64,000 nucleotides of DNA from NCBI GenBank assembly GCA_963768835.1, contig CAVYJB010000002.1:362466-426465 (forward strand), in the 5' to 3' direction. The notes under the pieces are model-generated. The model saw only the letters and a list, made by a program, of their open reading frames with translations. It ran no database searches and was not told the DNA's origin. Shown one piece after another: positions 1 to 9,297 of the stretch. Each line of letters begins with the position of its first letter. Position 1 is the stretch's first letter. A program made the translations under genes and the position numbers. This DNA is from an uncultured bacterium (GTDB taxonomy: Bacteria; Patescibacteriota; Minisyncoccia; UBA6257; GWB1-50-10).

Positions 1-90
1 GAGCGCTGCCATCGTGCCCGTGGTGAGCATTAGGTAGAATGAGTTACGGAACAAATTGTCACCAAACAGATCTCTTAATTTTCCAAACAT
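1..90 (-). CDS. 5' end of a Wzx-like polysaccharide flippase (partial, runs off the window)
   Basis: Reverse-strand ATG at 90 gives MFGKLRDLFGDNLFRNSFYLMLTTGTMAAL, the D.LFRNS.YLM N-terminus typical of Wzx/RfbX-type transporters. Confidence 0.6.
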   Translation of the reverse strand, partial: MFGKLRDLFGDNLFRNSFYLMLTTGTMAAL

Positions 91-267
91 ATTTGTTGAT
101 TTCCTTGGTCTGGTTTGTGCGTACGAGATATGAATTCTAACAGTATATATAGAACGATATGATAATTACAACATCTATTAGAACCATGGGGATTGACTAA
201 GGGTATTTATCGGTTAATTATATATACTATGTTCAGGATGGTACGGTACACTGTGGCTCAGGCATAG

Positions 268-1599
268 ATGGAGAAGCATGCGGCGCATAAACAGGGTCAG
301 AAGACGCACGCAAAGCGTGCGCTGTTTTTGTTATGCCCGCTACTTGTTTTAGCAGGATTGGTATTTCTAGTATTCTCAAGGTCATCTATGCCTACATTCC
401 TGCATCCTCCGATTAATGTAAATAAACCCACTGCACCAGTTGTATCAAGTAGCGTTTTTGAAGGTAGCACATCGCCAGCCGACGAATCAACAATTACAAC
501 CCCGTCAGCCGATGACGAGTTGGCTCCTCCTCCTGCCTCTCCCGCCATGGTCTCCGCGCAAAGTAAGCTCGCGTATAAATTCGGTGTGTCGTTTGGGGAC
601 GCGTTAGTTGATCTTACTGCCACCGAGATTGGCAAGCGCCTCGACGACCTCGTTCTTCTCGGGCTCGGCTGGATACGGTTCGATATGGCATGGAACGACG
701 TCCAGCCGGATAATAGCACGAGTTATAACTGGTCAAACCTCGACCGTATCGTGGCCGCGGCGGATACCCGCCACATCAAGATGCTTCCGGTCCTTACCTA
801 CACTCCGCGATGGGCGCGTATCTCCGGGTGTTCTTCTAGTAATAATGGTAAATGCGCTCCTGCTGACCCGGCTCTTTTTGCTACCTTCGTTCAGGTTGCA
901 GTCAAGCGTTACGCCACACGGGGTATCTCCACGTGGGAGATATGGAATGAACCGAACCTAGAAGCGTTTTGGAAGCCTGCCCCAAACCCAGTGGAGTATG
1001 CGACGCTTCTCAAGGCTACGTACGGTGCCATTAAATCCCAAGAACCGAATGCCATCGTCGTCACTGGCGGTATGGGGCCGGCCGCCACAAAAAATGGTGA
1101 CATCGCGCCGCTTGAGTTTCTTGCGGAACTCTACCATGACGGAGCGGGGGGCTACTTCGATGCGGTTGGATTTCATCCCTACTCATATCCCGCCATGCCC
1201 TCATATGTACAGTCATGGAATGCATGGTCCCAGATGTCCGACACGAATCCTAGCTTGCGAAGTATTATGACGATGAACGGCGATGCGGGTAAACAAATCT
1301 GGCTTACGGAGTACGGCGCTCCTACTGGCGGCCCGGGATCCATTGAGACCTCAAGCAACGACAGGTCCTTTACCGGGGATCCGCGGTATGTGACCGAAGG
1401 ATTGCAAGCGGAGATGCTTACTGATGCAGTTAAGCTTACTGAGAGATATTCATGGGCCGGGCCGCTCTTTTGGTACAGCTATCAGGATTTGGGGACTTCA
1501 AATAATACCGCTGAGAACTTTTTTGGGCTCATCCGTTTCGATGGCAGTTTAAAACCGGCGTATAATACTCTAAAGCAATTACTCTCTGGTACGCAATGA
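268..1599 (+). CDS. Membrane-anchored clan GH-A glycoside hydrolase (GH5/GH39-like)
   Basis: N-terminal TM segment, S/T/P linker, WEIWNEPN acid/base motif, FHPY, WLTEYG nucleophile motif, FGL.RFDG..KPAY C-terminus. Confidence 0.85.
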   Translation: MEKHAAHKQGQKTHAKRALFLLCPLLVLAGLVFLVFSRSSMPTFLHPPINVNKPTAPVVSSSVFEGSTSPADESTITTPSADDELAPPPASPAMVSAQSKLAYKFGVSFGDALVDLTATEIGKRLDDLVLLGLGWIRFDMAWNDVQPDNSTSYNWSNLDRIVAAADTRHIKMLPVLTYTPRWARISGCSSSNNGKCAPADPALFATFVQVAVKRYATRGISTWEIWNEPNLEAFWKPAPNPVEYATLLKATYGAIKSQEPNAIVVTGGMGPAATKNGDIAPLEFLAELYHDGAGGYFDAVGFHPYSYPAMPSYVQSWNAWSQMSDTNPSLRSIMTMNGDAGKQIWLTEYGAPTGGPGSIETSSNDRSFTGDPRYVTEGLQAEMLTDAVKLTERYSWAGPLFWYSYQDLGTSNNTAENFFGLIRFDGSLKPAYNTLKQLLSGTQ

Positions 1600-1618
1600 T
1601 ACGCCAACTTATATTTGT

Positions 1619-2242
1619 ATGAAAATATTGGGGCGAGGATGGCAATATACAGCCTATGAAATCGGGAATGGGAGGGTATTGAAGAAATTTAATACCCGAT
1701 TGGTTGCATACTGCATGATGTTGCATGATTGTTTCCCGTATGTAAAAAATCCTATGTGGAGATTTCCTGAGTATTATGCGCAAAGCAAGCGGGAAATAGT
1801 CAACTCGATGAAAATCATCCCCCATGCTACCCTTGAAGGCTGGATGTTAGGGAACCCGCGCATACTTACTGATTGTGATTATGAGCAGGATGCGCTTATG
1901 TCGCTACGCAAACATTTTAAGCATGCGACGGAAGAGGAGGGAAAGACAATCATTAACGCTTTTGTTCATTTTAATAAGACGCTTATCGCACATTCACTCG
2001 TTGACAGAAATTTCAATATCACCGACAACTTCGCCATGAATACAGAAGGAAAGATTGTGCTGATGGATTTGGGTGAGCTCTACTCCGACCCTGAGCAGAT
2101 TCGATTGTATCTTGTGTTGCGCCCATGGGCTGTATGGGACATCACGCATACCTTGCCCGAGGACCTCCGTGAATACTTTGTTCGGGCGATGGATGCGGCT
2201 TTTGCACCCACGTCCACGGATATAGGGCACGCTCAAAGCTAG
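1619..2242 (+). CDS. Protein-kinase-like fold hypothetical protein
   Basis: LGRGWQYTAY Gly-rich loop, VLKK, D.....N catalytic loop (DRNFNITDN), LMDLG resembling DFG; lower GC. Confidence 0.5.
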   Translation: MKILGRGWQYTAYEIGNGRVLKKFNTRLVAYCMMLHDCFPYVKNPMWRFPEYYAQSKREIVNSMKIIPHATLEGWMLGNPRILTDCDYEQDALMSLRKHFKHATEEEGKTIINAFVHFNKTLIAHSLVDRNFNITDNFAMNTEGKIVLMDLGELYSDPEQIRLYLVLRPWAVWDITHTLPEDLREYFVRAMDAAFAPTSTDIGHAQS

Positions 2243-2277
2243 AATCATATCAGGGTGCCATCACGAATATTTGCAGG

Positions 2278-2427
2278 GCGTCCTGGGCCGGGCTGCTCCT
2301 TTTCTAGAACCACCGTGATATCGGTACTGTGACGATCACCAATGAGAACCTCTTCGGCGTTGTCCGCTATGATGGCATGGATAAGCCCGCCTATGCGATC
2401 CTCCAAACCTTGCTTTCCTCAAACTAA
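2278..2427 (+). pseudogene. Orphan 3' fragment of a third GH-A hydrolase
   Basis: Translates ASWAGLLLF*NHRDIGTVTITNENLFGVVRYDGMDKPAYAILQTLLSSN*, colinear with the C-terminus of 268..1599; internal TAG (2305-2307) at the conserved Tyr. Confidence 0.85.
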
Positions 2428-2459
2428 GATTCAATACTTAACTTAATTTACCAACAACA

Positions 2460-2894
2460 ATGAAAACACTACGCGCGCTTTCGCTCACATTTTTTATCTT
2501 CGGTCTCCTTGGGTGGGTCTACATCGCCGGGAGCGCTGTGCTTCGTCCGGATAATCTCGACGAGCCGCTCACACACTTTCTTCCGTGGTTGCGCGCAGAT
2601 ACCTCCGGCGCCGCCTGCTTTGTCCTCTTCCTCCTCGCATTCTTTGTCTGGAACATTCTGCGTGATGAAAATCGGCGTATGAGGTCTCTGCGCTCATTAT
2701 CTCTGACGTTAGCTGTCCTTGGTTTTTCTGGCTGGGTCTATATCGCCGGGAACGCCATCTCGCACCCCGAAACACTTTCCCTTCCGCTTACGCACTTCTT
2801 GGACTTTCCCCGTGAGGATACCTTTGGTGCCGCCTGCTTTGCAATCTCATTTATCTCATTCTTTGTCTGGAATCTCCTTCGGGAAGAAAAATAA
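2460..2894 (+). CDS. Small four-TM membrane protein built from two homologous halves
   Basis: The unit LR.LSLT...GWVYIAG...PLTHFL...R.DT.GAACF...FFVWN.LR.E occurs twice. Confidence 0.8.
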   Translation: MKTLRALSLTFFIFGLLGWVYIAGSAVLRPDNLDEPLTHFLPWLRADTSGAACFVLFLLAFFVWNILRDENRRMRSLRSLSLTLAVLGFSGWVYIAGNAISHPETLSLPLTHFLDFPREDTFGAACFAISFISFFVWNLLREEK

Positions 2895-3312
2895 TACCTT
2901 TTAGCTCCCACCGTCGGCTCATTCGAGTGGAATCCTCGCGTAGCTTGCTCCGTAAGGCGCTGCAATAAAAGGTTTGTGGTGTATGGGACGTAGAGGCCCG
3001 CGATGCGCAGGCCTCGCCATACTGTTGCGTAAGGCCGATCAGTTCGTGGTAACATTACGGTTTGTCCATGAACATATCCAATGTTGGTTCTTTTGGTCGG
3101 TTCGCTCTAGAGAGTCCCGGGGGATCCCGAATGATTTTCTTAATTAATATGCCTAGCGGTTCCAGGCGCATGCGGCGCTACACAGTGCATACGACACCGT
3201 GGAATTCTTTCGGTATAGTTATATAAAATGAAGCACGAAGCGTGTAGCAGGCAGCACTTGAAGCAAGAATGATGGGCTATATGTTACGTGGTGCACGATA
3301 TGGGTAGGTGCA

Positions 3313-5976
3313 ATGAAAAAGAAACACATTATCATCGTTAGCGTCGTCGCTGTGCTTCTCTTCGGCATGGTGGGGTTTCTGCGGACCGACTCCTCGGCGC
3401 GGAACACCCTTCGCGGCCTCGGGATGCTCCGGAGCAGGGGACTCGCGCAGCTCCTGGACCTTATCTCAGGCACCTCTACGTCTCCGGTTGAAACTACTTC
3501 GAATCCGCCCGAGAGCACCAGCACCTCCCCGACGCCGCCGCCACTGCCTACTGTCACGCTCCAGGCCGTCTCGACCACTATCACCGCCTCGAGCTCCACC
3601 CTGCTCCAGTGGTCCTCCACGGACGCGGATGCCTGTACGGCCTCGGGCGGGTGGAGCGGACCTGAAGCCACCTCGGGTACCGCGACGAGCTGGGCTCTCG
3701 CGACTGACACCCTTTTCTCCCTCGCCTGCACGAACGTGACGGGGAGCGCAACCTCCTCCGTCACGGTGGCCGTGGTTCCGCCGCCTGACACCACTCCGCC
3801 TACCGTCTTCTTCACAAGTCCCGTGGACGGGGCCAGCGTCTCCGGGACCGTCACGGTTGCCGCGAACGCCTCCGATAACGTGGGAGTGGCAGGAGTGCGG
3901 TTTACCCTGGACGCCGTGCCGCTCGGACCCGAGATTATCGCGACGACCTATGCGATGCAATGGGACACGGCGTCCACGACGAATGGTTCTCACACACTCG
4001 AAGCGATTGCGCGCGACGCGGCGGCGAACACGGCCTCTGCCACACTCACGGTGGCGGTCCTGAACGCTATCCCAAATACTTCAGTAGTTGTTCCGCCAAC
4101 CCTCGCAACACCCCCCTTCGGCATATCCTTTGCCGATTCTCTGCCTGGCCTTTCGGCGAACGCGCTTGGAGACCAACTCAATGCCGAGGTCGCGCTAGGG
4201 GCAAGGTGGGCGCGCATCGACATGGCCTGGAGCGACGTCCAGCCGATCTCGAGTACGACTTTCAACTGGGTAGATCTTGACCGGGTTGTGGCCGTAGCAC
4301 GGGCACGCAACATCCAGCTACTTCCCATGCTCGGCTACACACCCGCATGGGCGCGCCCCGCAGGGTGCACGGTTGAGACCTGCGCTCCCGCCAGCCCGAA
4401 TGCCTTCGCGGTTTTCGTGAAAGCGGCTGTTGCCCGCTACGCGCCCCAGGGCATCTTCGCGTGGGAGATCTGGAACGAGCCGAACATCACGGGTTTCTGG
4501 CAGCCCGCGCCGAGCCCGACGAACTACGTCGCGCTTCTCAAGGCGGCCTATGCCGCCATCAAGGCGCAGGAGCCCGCCTCCATCGTGATTTCGGGCGGTA
4601 TGGCGCCCGCGGCGACCGCAGGCTCGGATTTTTCGCCTATCGATTTCCTTACGCAGATATATCAGCAGGGCGCGGAACCGTACTTCGACGCCGTAGGGTT
4701 CCATCCGTACTCCTATCCCGCGATGCCGTCCTATGCAGTTTCATGGAACGCTTGGACGCAGATGTCGGCTACCACGCCGACGAGCCTCCGCAGCATCATG
4801 ATGGCGAACGGGGATTCTGGGAAAAACATTTGGATGACCGAGTACGGCGCGCCGACGGGAGGGCCCGGGGCGCTTGAATCCTCCGCCACAGACACACAGT
4901 TCACCGGGGCTCCCGATCACGTCACGGAAGCGCTCCAGGCGCAGATACTCTCAAGCGCCGTTGCGCTCGCGAGCGGATATTCTTGGGCGGGTCCGCTATT
5001 CTGGTACAGCTATCAGGATTTAGGGACTTCAAACACCACCAACGAGAACTTCTTTGGTATTCTCCGCTTTGATGGAAGTCAGAAGCCTGCATACGCCGCG
5101 ATGAAGCAGGCCTTCACGGGCACCGGCGGGGGAACAAGCGGAGGAACGACGACGAGTACTAGCACGAGCACTCCCTCGGGTGGAGGTGGAACTTCCACGA
5201 GCACGGCAACTTCGACACCTCCCAAGCTCGGTGGGAGTCAAACCTCAACATCCACGAGCACCTCCACGCTTCCTAAGGTGGGCGGGGGACAAACCTCAAC
5301 ATCTACAACGACCTCGACACTCTCACAGACGGCTACCAGCACCACAACCTCAACTCCGTTAACAGTTTCGGCCGTGCCGACCATCCTCGCATCCGGGGGC
5401 GGAGGAGGTGGAGGCGGAGGTGGAGGCGGCGGAGGAGGAGGCGGTATTCCTCTTATCCCGGCATCCACACCTCCAAATTCGGCTCTCAGCCCCAGTACGG
5501 CTGTTACGCTCCCTGCCACAGCGAACACGGGAACTTCAAACGCACCCGGAGGCGGTGGAGAAGGTGGTATTCCCGCACTCGCGGCCGGCGCTGTACTCGC
5601 CCCCGGCATACGCAGCACCAGCGTAGCAACCCTCCAGACCATGCTCACAGAGGATCCTACCTTGCTCCCCAAACGTTTCATCACAGGGTACTACGGAGCG
5701 GCGACGACTTGGGCTGTGGCACAGTTCCAGACGCGCTATGCGGTCCCGCTTTCTGCCGCGACCGGCGATTCCTCAGGCGTCGTGGGCAGCGTCACGCTTA
5801 TGAAACTAGATGAAGTCTTCGCACCGGAGACCTCAACCACGCCGACGTCCCCGTCCGCACCCCCAGCGGCCACCCTCCCCCCCGAGGTTCGAAGCGCGAT
5901 TACCACTAAGATTAATCTCCTTCTTCAGCTCGTGAACCTGCTCTACGCGCAGTTGCGACTCCTTACGGGCCACTGA
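3313..5976 (+). CDS. Secreted multidomain GH-A glycoside hydrolase (Ig-like, GH5/39-like, S/T and poly-Gly linkers, peptidoglycan-binding-like domain)
   Basis: Signal/TM segment; DTTPPTV...ASDNVGVAGV...WDT...NGSHTL Ig-like domain; WEIWNEPN and WMTEYG; L..G.RS..V..LQ..L...TGYYG..T..AV..FQ PG-binding pattern. Confidence 0.85.
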   Translation: MKKKHIIIVSVVAVLLFGMVGFLRTDSSARNTLRGLGMLRSRGLAQLLDLISGTSTSPVETTSNPPESTSTSPTPPPLPTVTLQAVSTTITASSSTLLQWSSTDADACTASGGWSGPEATSGTATSWALATDTLFSLACTNVTGSATSSVTVAVVPPPDTTPPTVFFTSPVDGASVSGTVTVAANASDNVGVAGVRFTLDAVPLGPEIIATTYAMQWDTASTTNGSHTLEAIARDAAANTASATLTVAVLNAIPNTSVVVPPTLATPPFGISFADSLPGLSANALGDQLNAEVALGARWARIDMAWSDVQPISSTTFNWVDLDRVVAVARARNIQLLPMLGYTPAWARPAGCTVETCAPASPNAFAVFVKAAVARYAPQGIFAWEIWNEPNITGFWQPAPSPTNYVALLKAAYAAIKAQEPASIVISGGMAPAATAGSDFSPIDFLTQIYQQGAEPYFDAVGFHPYSYPAMPSYAVSWNAWTQMSATTPTSLRSIMMANGDSGKNIWMTEYGAPTGGPGALESSATDTQFTGAPDHVTEALQAQILSSAVALASGYSWAGPLFWYSYQDLGTSNTTNENFFGILRFDGSQKPAYAAMKQAFTGTGGGTSGGTTTSTSTSTPSGGGGTSTSTATSTPPKLGGSQTSTSTSTSTLPKVGGGQTSTSTTTSTLSQTATSTTTSTPLTVSAVPTILASGGGGGGGGGGGGGGGGGIPLIPASTPPNSALSPSTAVTLPATANTGTSNAPGGGGEGGIPALAAGAVLAPGIRSTSVATLQTMLTEDPTLLPKRFITGYYGAATTWAVAQFQTRYAVPLSAATGDSSGVVGSVTLMKLDEVFAPETSTTPTSPSAPPAATLPPEVRSAITTKINLLLQLVNLLYAQLRLLTGH
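5221..5322 (+). repeat. 51-bp in-frame tandem duplication in the S/T linker
   Basis: PKLGGSQTSTSTSTSTL followed by PKVGGGQTSTSTTTSTL. Confidence 0.8.
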
Positions 5977-6076
5977 CGCTGCTGGGATAGGGGACAGGGC
6001 CAATTGAGAAGTGGGTCAAGAGCCACTCGTTCATCGGTGTGGCCCTTTCATTTGCACTCGGCGCGCCTCGAAGATA

Positions 6077-6105
6077 TTGACGAATTATAGATAATATACT
6101 ATACT
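6077..6105 (+). promoter_or_regulatory. sigma70-type promoter
   Basis: TTGACG-17 bp-TATACT. Confidence 0.75.
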
Positions 6106-6166
6106 ATGCCCAGCTTTTTCACAGTAGGTAATCCACATCCACAACAACCTGAAGGGAGCACCCATC

Positions 6167-7999
6167 ATGTTTTTCCTCATCGCTCTTGCTATGGCAGTCG
6201 CGGGCAGCGTTCCGCTGCTTGTTGCCCGCCAGTTTTCGAACGCGGTCATCGCGACGATCCCGTATTTCCTCCTCTCGCTGGTGGTCGTCTATTGCGGCGT
6301 TCCGTCCCTTGTCTGGCCGCTGCTTGGCGTCGTCGGAGTCCTCACGCTCGTGTATCTCGCGATCAGCGCGGCCGTCGCGATCAATACGGGGGATCTTGAA
6401 ACCCCTGGTAAGATTGCCGTTCTGGCTTTTCCTGCGATTGGGTTCCTCGCGCTCACCGTGGAATCATGCGGAGGGTGCGAAGCAATCAATGCGGAAGAGT
6501 ATTCGAATCTGATTGGCACGGTTGAGCACCGGGAATGGACGCAGGACGTGCAGCCGAAGGATCCGAAGCATATTCGGATCGTCTCCACCGAGAACGCATT
6601 CTCCCTGGCGGATAAGCAGTTCGGTTCCGTGCCCGGCGCGATCGGGAGCCAGTTCGAGATCGACAAGGAATACATGACGCTTCAGATCGTTCGGGGCGAG
6701 CTCTGGTATGTCGCTCCGCTCGATTTCCGGGGCTATAGTGTCTGGACGTCGACGGATGGCGCGCCGGGGTACGTCATGATCAGCGCGGAAGATCCGTTCT
6801 ATCCCGTGAAGGTTGTGACGAATCACAAGTTCGTGTATACGCCGGGGGCGTTCTTCGGCAACGAACTCGACCGGTATCTCTGGTTGCATGGCTATATGAT
6901 GAAGGGCCTCACCGACGTAAGCTTCGAGATCGACGAGGATCTGAAGCCGTGGTGGGTGGTGACGGTGTTCGAGCCGACCATCGCGTTCTGGGGGGAGAAG
7001 ACCCGCGGGGTGGTGCTCGTGGATCCGGAGAGTGGCGCGCTGCAGTACTATCCAATCGGGGAAATACCGAGCTGGGTCGACCGCGCCGTTCCGAAATCGT
7101 TCACAAAGAGTTACATCGAGTACGTCGGAAAACTGAAGGATGGGTGGTTGAATAGTTGGTGGGAGAAGAAGAACCTCACCCAACCCGAGGAACCGAGGCT
7201 CATCTATGGCTCCGATAAGCAGCCGTACTGGGCGACCGTGATCACCTCGACGAACAACAAGGACAACTCGATGGTCGGGCTCTACTACACGAATTCCCGC
7301 ACCGGGAAAACGGTGTTCTACCACGCGAAGGGCAGCACGGAGGAGGCCATCCTCACCGCCGTGAACAACAAGGTGTCGTACATGAAGCGCCACGGCGACA
7401 GCCCCGTGCTCTATAACATTTACGGGACCATGGCCTACATCGTGCCGGTTCTTGGCGAGAACCATATTTTCCAGGGCGTGGCCATCTGCGACGTCGAGAA
7501 CCTCCTCGTCGCGCTGGGCAGCAACGAGGTCGAGGCGTATCGGCAGTACCAGAAACTCCTCTCGTCCGTCGGGCAGCAGGTTGCCCCGGAACTCGAGCAT
7601 GGGATGTCCGAGGTGGTTGGCGTTGTCGATCGCTTCGCCGCGGAGCCAAGGGAAGGCGGTATGCTTTATATTCTCCATACGCCCGCCGCACCGGATGTCC
7701 TGTTCTCGGGAGGATACGAACTTTCACCCAAGCTTCCCGTGACGAAAGAAGGGGACAAGGTGAAGCTCGGATTCGTGAGTTCGGGCGAGGATGTCGTTCC
7801 GCTGACGCATTTCGACAATCTGTCGCTATCCTTGCGGATGACGACGGACGAGGCCGCCGTGCGTGCGCGGGGGGAGGAACGGCGCGATAGCGTCCGTGTC
7901 GAGAAGGAGGATCGATCGGCACGGGCGACGGTGCAGAACCTCTCCGATGAAGATCTGAAACAGCTTCTCAAACTCAAAGACGAGAAAGGGAAGAAATAA
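6167..7999 (+). CDS. Hypothetical membrane protein (N-terminal TM helices plus large extracytoplasmic domain)
   Basis: 610-aa ORF, hydrophobic first ~100 aa, GGGAG SD upstream. Confidence 0.8.
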   Translation: MFFLIALAMAVAGSVPLLVARQFSNAVIATIPYFLLSLVVVYCGVPSLVWPLLGVVGVLTLVYLAISAAVAINTGDLETPGKIAVLAFPAIGFLALTVESCGGCEAINAEEYSNLIGTVEHREWTQDVQPKDPKHIRIVSTENAFSLADKQFGSVPGAIGSQFEIDKEYMTLQIVRGELWYVAPLDFRGYSVWTSTDGAPGYVMISAEDPFYPVKVVTNHKFVYTPGAFFGNELDRYLWLHGYMMKGLTDVSFEIDEDLKPWWVVTVFEPTIAFWGEKTRGVVLVDPESGALQYYPIGEIPSWVDRAVPKSFTKSYIEYVGKLKDGWLNSWWEKKNLTQPEEPRLIYGSDKQPYWATVITSTNNKDNSMVGLYYTNSRTGKTVFYHAKGSTEEAILTAVNNKVSYMKRHGDSPVLYNIYGTMAYIVPVLGENHIFQGVAICDVENLLVALGSNEVEAYRQYQKLLSSVGQQVAPELEHGMSEVVGVVDRFAAEPREGGMLYILHTPAAPDVLFSGGYELSPKLPVTKEGDKVKLGFVSSGEDVVPLTHFDNLSLSLRMTTDEAAVRARGEERRDSVRVEKEDRSARATVQNLSDEDLKQLLKLKDEKGKK

Positions 8000-8034
8000 G
8001 ATAGGGGACCGTAGTGTACGTGTCCCATGAAACA

Positions 8035-8070
8035 AAGGGCGTGAGTCTATGACTTACGCCCTTTTTATTT
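8035..8070 (+). terminator. Intrinsic terminator
   Basis: AAAGGGCGTGAGTC-TAT-GACTTACGCCCTTT followed by a T-rich tract. Confidence 0.85.
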
Positions 8071-8114
8071 ACATCGGATAAAGCCTGCGCTCTCCGAACG
8101 AGGACCCTGAAACA

Positions 8115-8179
8115 TTGACAATATTGCATTATATATGCTATAATAGAGTTAGCAAGAAACTCACGTTTTCCCTCACAAC
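8115..8179 (+). promoter_or_regulatory. sigma70 promoter plus leader, copy 1
   Basis: TTGACA-18 bp (ending TGC)-TATAAT, then TAGCAAGAAACTCACGTTTTCCCTCACAAC. Confidence 0.85.
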
Positions 8180-8195
8180 TTCAAAAGGCACATCC

Positions 8196-9050
8196 ATGAA
8201 GATTATTGCATCTCCATCGACCGTTGCTGCGATTGAGCGGTATTTCAAATACCTCGTTCCTCCTGAATCCTTCGACGATCTCGTGATTGTCATCGCGGAG
8301 TTCGTGGAAGGCAATGGGTACTATTCCGATCTTCACGGGATCGACCAGGTGAAGCGCTACGCCGACGACCCGAAACTTTTCGTGGTTCTCATGAGCTTCT
8401 TGAATGCGGAGGCAATCGCGGAGCGGGGGCCGGAATTTGCGGGCCTTCTGAGTTATGCAAACGTCGCGTTTGCGCGTCTCCCGGACGTGGGAGAAGCAGT
8501 GCGCGTGTATCGTGAACTGAAGTCAGGAAGCAAGAAGGAGGATGCGTTGGGGAAGAGGCTGTTCGAGATCGAAAACATCGACCGGACGGTATCTATTCTC
8601 CGGCACGACCTCCATTACGCCGAGGAGAATGCCAAGAAGATGCAGAGCTGGCTTACGCAGGCTCGCGAAGCGGGTTTCAGCGGCTCTCCCCAGGAGATCG
8701 TCGCCGCCGTGCGCAACTGGAAGCGCGCCACCGCAGGAAAGTGCGAAGGGCAGTATTTCGGAGGGCTCTTCGTGGATTTCCAGGGAACCCTCGTGAAGGA
8801 TGGCGTGGTGCAGAAGGCGGTTCTGGAGAAGGTCCGTCGGCTTGCCGCGGGGCGCTCCATCACGGTCATCACAGACAGCGATCTCCAGGAGGTTCGGAAA
8901 ACCCTGGCGGGGCTGGGCTTGCCCGTGGCGTCAAAGTTTGACCTCAAGGGCGCCGAGCTCGAAACTGTCGTTGATGATCTTTCGCAGAAGGAGTTCCGCG
9001 CGACCTACGGGATCGTTCCTCGGCAGTTCATCCGCGTCGATGCGCTATAA
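8196..9050 (+). CDS. Hypothetical protein with a C-terminal HAD-like domain
   Basis: ATG at 8196 downstream of the promoter; FVDFQGTLV, ITVIT, SK and VVDD resemble HAD motifs I-IV. Confidence 0.6.
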   Translation: MKIIASPSTVAAIERYFKYLVPPESFDDLVIVIAEFVEGNGYYSDLHGIDQVKRYADDPKLFVVLMSFLNAEAIAERGPEFAGLLSYANVAFARLPDVGEAVRVYRELKSGSKKEDALGKRLFEIENIDRTVSILRHDLHYAEENAKKMQSWLTQAREAGFSGSPQEIVAAVRNWKRATAGKCEGQYFGGLFVDFQGTLVKDGVVQKAVLEKVRRLAAGRSITVITDSDLQEVRKTLAGLGLPVASKFDLKGAELETVVDDLSQKEFRATYGIVPRQFIRVDAL

Positions 9051-9169
9051 TCTTCCACCGATCGAAATCCAGGAGGACTGGAGTGAAAAAACCGAAGGAT
9101 TTTTACTGACGTAATTGTCCCCACACGCGGAGCTCGCCGCGTGGAACTGAAGGCCCATGGCCACGAGTT

Positions 9170-9203
9170 AAGGCTCAGCATTATGCTGGGCCTTTCTATT
9201 TTT
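9170..9203 (+). terminator. Intrinsic terminator
   Basis: AAGGCTCAGC...GCTGGGCCTT hairpin followed by a T-rich tract. Confidence 0.75.
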
Positions 9204-9217
9204 AAGCGCCTGGAATA

Positions 9218-9283
9218 TTGACAATCCGTACATATTTGTGCTATAATGCTTCTAGCAAGAAACCTCACGTTTCCCCTCACAAC
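9218..9283 (+). promoter_or_regulatory. sigma70 promoter plus leader, copy 2
   Basis: TTGACA-18 bp (ending TGC)-TATAAT, then TAGCAAGAAACCTCACGTTTCCCCTCACAAC. Confidence 0.85.
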
Positions 9284-9297
9284 CCTAGAGAGAAGAC

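Noticed and set aside
2305-2307. In-frame TAG as evidence of stop-codon recoding
   Set aside because: TAG, TGA and TAA all end conserved genes in this window, and the fragment has no start and is degenerate.
2895-3312. Possible gene remnant or ncRNA in the 400-bp gap before the second hydrolase
   Set aside because: No recognisable protein motif or convincing structure by eye.
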